Virus record (IMG/VR): IMGVR_UViG_3300027895_000002
Location: 1 to 44,976 of that record
Strand: one strand, 5' to 3'
Source: a virus
Length of the DNA: 44,976 bases
Position numbers and translations under genes: made by a program. The notes beneath the pieces are model-generated. The model was not told where the DNA came from and made no database searches. It saw only the letters and a list, made by a program, of their open reading frames with translations. Below, in pieces: positions 35,652 through 42,085 of the stretch (the stretch's first letter is position 1; every line of letters begins with the position of its first letter).

Positions 35652-35801
35652 TCAGTACGGTTCTCCCCAATACGGACGGTTCACCGCCATCCATACTATG
35701 CCGCCCACCACCAAAGCCACAACACCAGCAACAACCAACACGACCTTGGGCAAAGATGAAATCGCCAAAGCCGCCATAACCCAAACAGCAATTAGAATCA
35801 T
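35652..35801 (-). CDS. 49-aa 2-TM membrane micro-protein between hldA and hldC (below the ORF-track cutoff)
   Basis: My own translation: MILIAVWVMAALAISSLPKVVLVVAGVVALVVGGIVWMAVNRPYWGEPY. Its ATG overlaps the hldA TGA (ATGA) and is preceded by GGAGG. Confidence 0.55.
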   Translation of the reverse strand: MILIAVWVMAALAISSLPKVVLVVAGVVALVVGGIVWMAVNRPYWGEPY

Positions 35802-36586
35802 AATGCCTCCAGAAGCTCATTCTTTGAACATGTAGCTGTTCCTGTCTTTCGGACCACAACACCAGCAGCATGGTTCGCAAGACGCGCGGCCTCTTCAATC
35901 CTCATGCCGCCGCATCCCAATACCGCCGCAACCACGGCAACCACCGTATCTCCCGCTCCGGTCACATCGAATACCTCTCGTGCAACAGCGGGGTAATTAA
36001 CCTTGGCATTCTCCTTCCAGAGAGTGATCCCCTCAGGTCCCCTCTTTTCCATGATTACCGGAAACTCCTTCCGTGCGGAGACTACCCCGGACAATTCCTT
36101 TGCGTTTGGGCAAATAACCATTGCCCCTCGATACTTATCCCAATGAGTTCCCTTGGGATCGACAACTACCAAGCGCCGGTATTTCCTCGCTGCAGAACAC
36201 ATCTCCGGCGTCAGCATCCCCTTGGCGTAGTCCGAAAAAACAATCACATCGCTTTGCGATTCACGCGCTGCTTGCAGCTGTTCTTCCGTAGGACTCGCAA
36301 GGATATCTTTATCTACCCTGAATAACTGCTGATGCCCCACCATGTAGCGATGCTTGGTGGATATCTCCTTGGCGAAGATCGTGTCTACCTGACAGCCTAA
36401 TGCCTCTAAATTAGCCGCGACATTCGCAGCACCACCCGGACGGGCTTTCTGTGAATCCTCTATGAATATCGGCACCGGAGCTTCAGGACTCAATCGGTCC
36501 ACATGGCCGAAATGGTACAGATCCCTTAATGCGTCACCAATGACGAGTACCCGCACGTTTTTGAACTTTTCGATTAGGTCTCGCAT
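35798..36586 (-). CDS. hldA: D-glycero-beta-D-manno-heptose 7-phosphate kinase (RfaE/HldE domain I, PfkB-type sugar kinase)
   Basis: VLVIGDALRDLYHFGHVDRLSPEAPVPIF....ARPGGAANVAANLEALG, FSDYAKG, VVVDPKG..W.KYRGA, DVTGAGDTVVAVVAAVL and ANHAAGVVVRKTGTAT are all collinear with E. coli HldE domain I. It is shorter than the E. coli domain (262 aa). Confidence 0.9.
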   Translation of the reverse strand: MRDLIEKFKNVRVLVIGDALRDLYHFGHVDRLSPEAPVPIFIEDSQKARPGGAANVAANLEALGCQVDTIFAKEISTKHRYMVGHQQLFRVDKDILASPTEEQLQAARESQSDVIVFSDYAKGMLTPEMCSAARKYRRLVVVDPKGTHWDKYRGAMVICPNAKELSGVVSARKEFPVIMEKRGPEGITLWKENAKVNYPAVAREVFDVTGAGDTVVAVVAAVLGCGGMRIEEAARLANHAAGVVVRKTGTATCSKNELLEAL

Positions 36587-36602
36587 CGATTAGGTCTCGC
36601 AT
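36571..36602. repeat. Perfect 16-bp tandem duplication (cgattaggtctcgcat x2) spanning the hldA start codon
   Basis: 36571..36586 equals 36587..36602. In mRNA sense this reads ATGCGAGACCTAATCG twice. The downstream copy starts hldA, and the upstream copy supplies the last codons and stop of the 54-aa ORF. Confidence 0.95.
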
Positions 36603-36754
36603 TTACGATAGTAAGTATCTTCTCTATGCCCGTAGAAGTCTCTGGAACCAAACCTAGCTCTCTCAACACGGCTAAGCCAAACCCATTCGTTGTTAATCGT
36701 CTTAACCGGGAACCACGCAAACCAAACCCACCATGTCCTCCCGCCTCTTGCCAT
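36590..36754 (-). CDS. 54-aa Trp-rich hypothetical protein (below the ORF-track cutoff)
   Basis: My own translation: MARGGRTWWVWFAWFPVKTINNEWVWLSRVERARFGSRDFYGHREDTYYRKCET. The ATG is 1 nt after the cupin stop, and GAGG lies 7 nt upstream. Confidence 0.5.
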   Translation of the reverse strand: MARGGRTWWVWFAWFPVKTINNEWVWLSRVERARFGSRDFYGHREDTYYRKCET

Positions 36755-36755
36755 G

Positions 36756-37079
36756 TCAAGCCTCTGATGGGATCAGCCTCACACAATCTTCAGGATCATC
36801 GTGGCTTGACGCTTCAACCACTGTACCGGGCACCAAACATCTCAATCTGTGGCATCGGCCAGAAGGAATAATAGCATGTGAACCGGCTTTCAGCTCCAGT
36901 GTTTTACCCTGCATTTCAAGCATAAAGTGACCGCTTGAGACGTAGAAGCACTCGTGTTTGAGTTCGTGGAAATGCAGGCTTGAGGCGATAGGTTTCTCGT
37001 AGACCAGAAGCTTCATGCAGTAACTTTTGTTGTGGATCAAGAGCTCGTGCCCCCAAGATTTGTCTACTCGCTCAACCAC
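36756..37079 (-). CDS. Cupin-fold protein, phosphosugar (mannose-6-phosphate type) isomerase-like
   Basis: KSWGHELLI..KSYCMKLLVYEKPIASSLHFHELKHECFYVSSGHFMLEMQGKTLELKAGSHAIIPSGRCHRL fits the cupin pattern WG.E......Y..K.L......S.H.H..K.E...V..G..........L..G....IP....H. GTG start. Confidence 0.65.
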   Translation of the reverse strand: MVERVDKSWGHELLIHNKSYCMKLLVYEKPIASSLHFHELKHECFYVSSGHFMLEMQGKTLELKAGSHAIIPSGRCHRLRCLVPGTVVEASSHDDPEDCVRLIPSEA

Positions 37080-38212
37080 GCCTTAAGTTCCTTGACGTGC
37101 TTTGACCATGTGCGCTCTCTTCTCAAGAATTGCGTATCAGAGTTTTCAAAGTTGCCGTATGGGTCGGCGTACCTTAAAGCTCGCACGTAGCGATGCACAT
37201 GCTCCAGAATTTCATCAATTTCATCCGGATCGGACTCATACCATTCCAAGCTCGTATCTGGGAAAAAGTACTCGCTCGATGCTGGGATAGGGGTCTGTCT
37301 GGTCAAACAGTGTCCTAACTGGGCCAAATCCTTCATCCCTGTGTGATAGCCGTAAATAACAGGCACCCCACAGGCCATAGCCTCCATCACCGGCAGGCTC
37401 TGACAGCTCTCACACCTCGAAGGGGCTAACATGACGTCCATCTCCCTCAAGATAGGAGGTAAGCAGTAATTCGGCACCACCCCCAGATCAATGACTTTAG
37501 CGGGGTCTATGCCGTTATCGTCTGCCCATCTCGAAATGTCTAATCCCTTCTCGTTAAGCCACAGGGGAGCGTCTGTGAGCCCTTTAAACCCGTTAGCCAT
37601 GTCCGCATGAGGGCTCTGCCATAGGGTCACCAGACGCGCCTCCGGGTGCTTTTGGACGAAGCGCTTGAATGCAAGCAAAACCACATCTTGGGCCTTGCGG
37701 TACTCGACTTTCCCAGCAGAGTAGATGTAGAAAGCCTCCGGCAAAGCTCCTGACTTAGATCCGGGACAGAATAGGTTCGGGTCAATGCCCTCATGAATAA
37801 CTTTGACCTCTCGCCCTGTGGCATTTTCGAGTATCTCCTTGTTCCACGATGAACCTGTTAACAAGTGGGTGTAGCGGGAGAGTTTATCAATGGCATCCCG
37901 GGTGTCTGGTTTCTCCACGATCACCCTTCCGACAAGAGTTTTAGGGCCTTCCTTCGAGCCCTGAAGGTCATTCCCCACAGGATCTATCCACACACAGTCG
38001 TCCGTGTACTCGTACTTCCTGGAAATGGCTTTGAGGACACTCCTGTAATGCAAGGCATCCATCCCCATGAAATGACCGTGTTCCAAGGGATATGGGGTGT
38101 GAACCTCATAGTCGGGATCATTGGCTAGTTGGGCAATGAGATTGCTTCCCACCACCCCCCAGCCTCCATAGGCGTGGACGCCCCAGTTAAGGATTAGTTG
38201 TTTCTTAGCCAC
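37064..38212 (-). CDS. GT-B fold glycosyltransferase (family 1/4-like)
   Basis: C-terminal signature MLAPSRCESCQSLPVMEAMACGVPVIYG (E..........EAMA.G.PVI). 382 aa. Confidence 0.75.
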   Translation of the reverse strand: MAKKQLILNWGVHAYGGWGVVGSNLIAQLANDPDYEVHTPYPLEHGHFMGMDALHYRSVLKAISRKYEYTDDCVWIDPVGNDLQGSKEGPKTLVGRVIVEKPDTRDAIDKLSRYTHLLTGSSWNKEILENATGREVKVIHEGIDPNLFCPGSKSGALPEAFYIYSAGKVEYRKAQDVVLLAFKRFVQKHPEARLVTLWQSPHADMANGFKGLTDAPLWLNEKGLDISRWADDNGIDPAKVIDLGVVPNYCLPPILREMDVMLAPSRCESCQSLPVMEAMACGVPVIYGYHTGMKDLAQLGHCLTRQTPIPASSEYFFPDTSLEWYESDPDEIDEILEHVHRYVRALRYADPYGNFENSDTQFLRRERTWSKHVKELKAWLSE

Positions 38213-38484
38213 GCAATCGCCTCATCCAACGATAAAACGACAGGTGTTTCAGTGTCCTCTAGAAACAGATCCTGATCGGCCTGATCCTTCCTTTTGCGCC
38301 TCTTACCTGTTTTCGTAGGCGTCTTACACTCCATCGTGCCGAGCCTGAAGGTCTGGTGAAGGTTTGACCAGTAGAGGAGCAATAGGTCACAGGGCCAGCC
38401 TATGATCCAGACCCTGACTCCCATCTTTCTCAGGCCATCTACGATGTCCTGCTGGCTGGAATCTACTTTACGGGCGTAAGCCAT
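38194..38484 (-). CDS. PD-(D/E)XK-type nuclease (VRR-NUC / resolvase-like), start re-assigned
   Basis: MAYARKVDSSQQDIVDGLRKMGVRV...GWPCDLLLLYW....LGTMECKTP gives a D...E.K motif. Track ORF start is 38511; ATG 38484 is preferred. Confidence 0.6.
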   Translation of the reverse strand: MAYARKVDSSQQDIVDGLRKMGVRVWIIGWPCDLLLLYWSNLHQTFRLGTMECKTPTKTGKRRKRKDQADQDLFLEDTETPVVLSLDEAIAWLRNN

Positions 38485-38573
38485 ACTTCCCTTCGACCAC
38501 AGGCAATGCACTTCAAGATGGTGCGTAGCCTCTTAACCTTGATCTTCACCTTTCCACCGCAGGGACAAATCAT
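38463..38573 (-). CDS. 36-aa zinc-ribbon micro-ORF (CPCG ... CIACG)
   Basis: My own translation: MICPCGGKVKIKVKRLRTILKCIACGRREVWLTPVK. GGAGA lies 8 nt upstream, and the ORF starts immediately after the TGA of another micro-ORF. Confidence 0.35.
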   Translation of the reverse strand: MICPCGGKVKIKVKRLRTILKCIACGRREVWLTPVK

Positions 38574-38836
38574 TCAGGCATTCTCCAACCCCTTTCCCTC
38601 TTGATCCTGATCATAGAGGTACTGAGGTCCCCTCCCCTGTCCGGGGTAATCCGTAGTTTCACAGCTCATAGCGACCGGGAAGGAATGTGGGACACCTGAA
38701 CCCGGAATAACGGTTTGTGAGCGACTGGACCCGTTTCGGCCGACATACTCAGGCGGCTCTGGCCGCCACTGACCACGGGATTTTGAGAATTACACAACTT
38801 CATGTACGATCTACCCGTGTCTGTAGCAAGCACAAC

Positions 38837-38983
38837 TTAAATCAGCTCCCCGCTGTACGTCAAGGGCTCCGAAAGGGGCTCTTTTCGTTTGCGCTTCATT
38901 GCCGCTAAACGCTCGTAGTGGGCTGCAGGCCGACGCTTACTCTTACCAGTGGCCTGACCGCCCTTGCTACCGATCCTCGCCAT
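38837..38983 (-). CDS. 48-aa basic micro-ORF with a KGG-like motif
   Basis: My own translation: MARIGSKGGQATGKSKRRPAAHYERLAAMKRKRKEPLSEPLTYSGELI. No clear SD. Confidence 0.3.
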   Translation of the reverse strand: MARIGSKGGQATGKSKRRPAAHYERLAAMKRKRKEPLSEPLTYSGELI

Positions 38984-39012
38984 ATAGTCCGACACGGCTT
39001 TAGGGGAGCGAC

Positions 39013-39405
39013 TCACGGAGTGGGGTCCAATGCATCGTTAGCAATATCGCAGCATACTCCGCAGAAAGTCTTAGACTCTCCAATTCGGCGCAATGCTTCC
39101 CGAAATCTATCCGATTGATATTGAAGCAATTTGTAATCGTTAAATCTAACAAGTTCTCCCTCCGGATGGGGTCTCAAATATTCTTTGCCACCAGAGAACG
39201 CCGGCGAACCTGAATCGCCGCCCTCATATGAGAGGGTAAAACGCGGTATCCCCTTCTTCCGGATAATCTCCTCGACCTTCGCATCATGTTTTTGAGATAG
39301 CTCTAGCATCATAGCCGCTTCTGCCATCACGAGCTTAGCAGCACCGTCCAATGTACTATCCTGCCAGCCGCGCAACTGTGAGATGAGGTCTCTTAACGGT
39401 TTCAT
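39013..39405 (-). CDS. Hypothetical protein
   Basis: 130 aa; its ATG overlaps the stop of the 54-aa ORF (ATGA). Confidence 0.55.
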   Translation of the reverse strand: MKPLRDLISQLRGWQDSTLDGAAKLVMAEAAMMLELSQKHDAKVEEIIRKKGIPRFTLSYEGGDSGSPAFSGGKEYLRPHPEGELVRFNDYKLLQYQSDRFREALRRIGESKTFCGVCCDIANDALDPTP

Positions 39406-39566
39406 GTTAAAATATGAATCAGTTTAGAGGCACCACAACGAGAGCACTGCTTCCATGCGATGAGCACAATGATCCAGGGAGGGCCTGCATCATCTGTCCT
39501 AAAGCCGTGCTGGTATACCTGCCAGAGATGCTTGAACCAGCATCCCGGGTTCATTACTCGCTTCAT
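39402..39566 (-). CDS. 54-aa hypothetical protein (below the ORF-track cutoff)
   Basis: My own translation: MKRVMNPGCWFKHLWQVYQHGFRTDDAGPPWIIVLIAWKQCSRCGASKLIHILT. ATGA overlaps at both ends. Confidence 0.45.
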   Translation of the reverse strand: MKRVMNPGCWFKHLWQVYQHGFRTDDAGPPWIIVLIAWKQCSRCGASKLIHILT

Positions 39567-39769
39567 GCCTCTAGAACCACGTCAGCCAGTTTTGCAGCGG
39601 TGGTGCAGCTATGAACTACAAAACTCTTACTCCATTTGTCCATTACTTCGGTCGTCTGGATACTCGCGAAGCCGTTTCGGATCTCCGTCACGGAGCCAAT
39701 TACTTGCTTGTAGAAGCTGTCAGAAGCCATTTTCACTGCCTTAACCTTGCCGCCAACTTGGATATTCAT
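39563..39769 (-). CDS. Hypothetical protein, first gene of the leftward early operon, start re-assigned
   Basis: ATG 39769 is preceded by GGTTAAGGAGATCGAC. The track ORF starts at a TTG at 39823, inside the predicted promoter. Confidence 0.55.
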   Translation of the reverse strand: MNIQVGGKVKAVKMASDSFYKQVIGSVTEIRNGFASIQTTEVMDKWSKSFVVHSCTTAAKLADVVLEA

Positions 39770-39823
39770 GTCGATCTCCTTAACCAGTGATGTTAGTAGA
39801 TCACAAGCCGCTTGAGATGTCAA
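39766..39823 (-). promoter_or_regulatory. Leftward promoter-leader cassette: TTGACA (39823..39818), 17 nt, TCTACT (39800..39795), 6 nt, then the 23-mer ACTGGTTAAGGAGATCGACATGA
   Basis: Read directly. It has the same 58-nt geometry as 40242..40299 on the other strand, and the 23-mer differs at 1 position. The -35 overlaps the inverted repeat CTTGA-n4-TCAAG. Confidence 0.55.
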
Positions 39824-39989
39824 GGCTCTTCGTAAGCCCTCCCACCTGCAAGCAATTCTCTACAAGTCGCATGAGAGAGAATTACTCGCTAGGTGGGGGG
39901 CATTCTTTGCGGCTGCAAGCATCAATAGCTGCCTGCCACACCAGATATCCTGCTCATAAGATTCAAGACATAGGTATCCATCGGCGTAT

Positions 39990-40211
39990 TCACCGAGGAG
40001 CACTCCGTCTTGATAGAGCTTTGCCATTTCCGTAGTACGTGATCCGCTTCTCGATTCCGAGAGCTTTCAAAAGTTGTGGGGGTGGTTGCCTCTCGCCGTT
40101 CACCACGAGACTTAATACGCTCGCGGATACCTTCAGGTCCTTGCTCACGGCTGATTGCGTCTTAGCAAGTATCAGACCCTTGAGCACTTCCACCGGATTC
40201 ACTTCTTCCAT
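39990..40211 (-). CDS. HTH transcriptional regulator (Cro/CI / XRE-like)
   Basis: AKTQSAVSKDLKVSASVLSLVVNGERQP is a helix-turn-helix pattern. It lies between the two divergent promoter cassettes, as lambda cI does. Confidence 0.65.
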   Translation of the reverse strand: MEEVNPVEVLKGLILAKTQSAVSKDLKVSASVLSLVVNGERQPPPQLLKALGIEKRITYYGNGKALSRRSAPR

Positions 40212-40218
40212 GTTCCCT

Positions 40219-40299
40219 ATGATATATTTTCGTTTAAGCTATTGCAATCTATTTTCAGATGCGCTAAGGTATGTCAACTGGTTAAGGAGATAGACATGA
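40219..40299. promoter_or_regulatory. Divergent promoter region. Rightward: TTGCAA (40242..40247), 17 nt, TAAGGT (40265..40270), 6 nt, 23-mer ACTGGTTAAGGAGATAGACATGA. Leftward: the same palindromic TTGCAA, 17 nt, TATCAT (40224..40219), ending 7 nt before the HTH ATG.
   Basis: Read directly. AT-rich 84-nt intergenic region with the 8-bp palindrome ATTGCAAT centred on the shared -35. Confidence 0.5.
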
Positions 40300-40484
40300 G
40301 CAGAAAGATCGAGGTGACCCCGGAATTCCTACTGACGATGGAACAGGCTTCGGACTTCCTAAGCCGCCTCGCGGTTCACCTGGAGGCCTCTGACATGTTG
40401 GGTAAAGCAGGCGACTGCCTGATACAGGCTCGAAAAGTACGGTGCGCTCTCAATGAGGTTGATCCGCCAGGAAAGATCTCATGA
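40296..40484 (+). CDS. Hypothetical protein, first gene of the rightward operon (cro position)
   Basis: The ATG is preceded by TTAAGGAGATAGAC. 62 aa. Confidence 0.6.
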   Translation: MSRKIEVTPEFLLTMEQASDFLSRLAVHLEASDMLGKAGDCLIQARKVRCALNEVDPPGKIS

Positions 40485-40702
40485 GCCTCGCAGACCTCTA
40501 CTCCGACGCCTACCTGCAGGGCTTGGCAGCACAATGCAAGCCTCAGGAGATCCCCACCGGCTATACGAAAGAGCAGTGGAGAGCGGTTCTGGACAAACTG
40601 AATCGTCGCCTGCCCGACAGAAATGACGGGGAGGAACGGCAGTATCCGCAGGAGAAGTCAGACGGGCCTTATGAGGCTCCCGAGCCGTGGGTGGAGATGT
40701 AA
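40481..40702 (+). CDS. Hypothetical protein
   Basis: ATGA overlap upstream; 73 aa. Confidence 0.55.
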   Translation: MSLADLYSDAYLQGLAAQCKPQEIPTGYTKEQWRAVLDKLNRRLPDRNDGEERQYPQEKSDGPYEAPEPWVEM

Positions 40703-41251
40703 ATGGGCTGCGATATCCACCCTTACGCAGAAGTCCGGGTCAATGGACGCTGGCAGAGGTCTTACATCAAGGTTCCTCGGGACCGCAACTACTGGGCCTT
40801 TGGCGTTCTCGCCAATGTGCGGAACGGCTATGGTGTTGCAGGCTCCTACACTGGAGAGCCTGTGACGCCCATCTCAGAGCCTCGCGGGTTGCCTGCCGAT
40901 TGCGTGACTCGGGAAAACTTCATCGAAGATTACGAATCGCCAGACTACGTGAACCTTGGGGATCACTCATTTTCGTGGGTCACTCTTGCTGAGCTTTTGG
41001 CGCTGGATCTGGATACCCCAGTTACAGAGGGCGGAGTCATCAATACGGCGCAAAAAGCAGCCCTAGACACGCAAGGAATTTTACCAGATCGTTGGTGTTC
41101 CATGAAGTCGCCAATGACCAAGGACGATGTTCATGCGACGTGGAAACGTCCTCTGCGCGAGAGCGCTTGGCTGCTCTCTGAAATCATCGAAGCACTAAAG
41201 CCACTGGGAGCGCCTGACGATGTAAGAATCGTTTTCGGCTTTGATTCCTGA
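40703..41251 (+). CDS. Conserved phage protein of unknown function (MGCDIH N-terminus)
   Basis: MGCDIHPYAEV...NYWAFGVLANVRNGYG...RGLPAD...GDHSFSWVTLAEL. I recognise this pattern from many phage genomes, but no function is known to me. Confidence 0.6.
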   Translation: MGCDIHPYAEVRVNGRWQRSYIKVPRDRNYWAFGVLANVRNGYGVAGSYTGEPVTPISEPRGLPADCVTRENFIEDYESPDYVNLGDHSFSWVTLAELLALDLDTPVTEGGVINTAQKAALDTQGILPDRWCSMKSPMTKDDVHATWKRPLRESAWLLSEIIEALKPLGAPDDVRIVFGFDS

Positions 41252-41451
41252 TGGATGAGATCGACACCAAAGCCCACCGTCTCGCCCTGCTGCTAGAGAT
41301 CAGGCGCGAGCAGAAACTCCAGCAAGACTCCAAGGGGAGAGAAAATGCACTTCGTACTCAGTTGGATTTCATCGACGAGCAACTCAATCTGGACGCTCTA
41401 TACAAGCTGGCGCAATCGACGCGAAATCATGAAAAGCCGACGCTGGCGTAA
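41251..41451 (+). CDS. Hypothetical helical protein
   Basis: TGATG overlap upstream; 66 aa. Confidence 0.5.
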   Translation: MDEIDTKAHRLALLLEIRREQKLQQDSKGRENALRTQLDFIDEQLNLDALYKLAQSTRNHEKPTLA

Positions 41452-41487
41452 AGCGAACAAGGTCTATCACCTTCCCACGCATAGGCA

Positions 41488-41679
41488 GTGGCCGAAGCCT
41501 TGGAGTCACCATTGAGAGATCCCGCTATAGATTACGACGATGACCAGCCCGACCCCCCAGAGGAGATCGACCCTCCCGACTGGCAACGGCTCCTCTCGGA
41601 GGACAGGGATTACGAGCGCTGGGTGGAGACGAGTTATGGACTACATCGCGAGGAACAGGGTGCCGAGCATGAAGGGTAA
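41488..41679 (+). CDS. Acidic hypothetical protein (frame uncertain)
   Basis: GTG start, D/E/P-rich. The competing frame (41540..) has higher third-position GC but a junk-like composition until about 41636. Confidence 0.35.
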   Translation: MAEALESPLRDPAIDYDDDQPDPPEEIDPPDWQRLLSEDRDYERWVETSYGLHREEQGAEHEG

Positions 41680-42085
41680 AGTCCAAGAGCTAGGCACCAC
41701 CCAAAAAGGGTCTCCCAAGGTCAAGATTGACGGTGAGTGGCTCTATCCCGGTCGCTGTCCGATTCAGGGCATGAGCGTAGGGATGATGGTCGAATACTTC
41801 ACCTCACCCTTCCAGGCTGGCAATAAGACCCTCTTAGGACTTGAGAGCTGGGCTCCAGCGAAGGAAGGGGTGACGCATACCCCTTCCCCTAGCGGGGCTG
41901 CTGCGGTTCAGGAGCGCGCAGCCCCCGAGTATACGGAGGCCGAGATGCGCTTTATCTCGAACTGCGTCGGCAGCGCCATTACAGCCGGAGCCTGCAAAGC
42001 ACCGGCCGATATCGCTCAGTGGTTCAGGTCAGCTCGGGCTGCGGTGAAAGCGGACTACTTTGATGACGACTCGACGATCCCTTAG
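41636..42085 (+). CDS. Hypothetical protein (alternative start ATG 41669)
   Basis: GGAGA lies 6 nt upstream of ATG 41636. The plausible protein sequence begins around MKGKVQELGTTQKGSPKVKIDGEWLYPG. Confidence 0.5.
   Translation: MDYIARNRVPSMKGKVQELGTTQKGSPKVKIDGEWLYPGRCPIQGMSVGMMVEYFTSPFQAGNKTLLGLESWAPAKEGVTHTPSPSGAAAVQERAAPEYTEAEMRFISNCVGSAITAGACKAPADIAQWFRSARAAVKADYFDDDSTIP

Noticed and set aside
38864-38889. Plus-strand terminator-like hairpin GGGCTCC-gaaa-GGGGCTC followed by TTTTCGTTT
   Set aside because: It forms only on the plus strand (two G-U pairs), whereas all neighbouring genes are on the minus strand. It also lies inside a plausible minus-strand micro-ORF. It might stop antisense transcription, but there is no plus-strand gene for it to serve.
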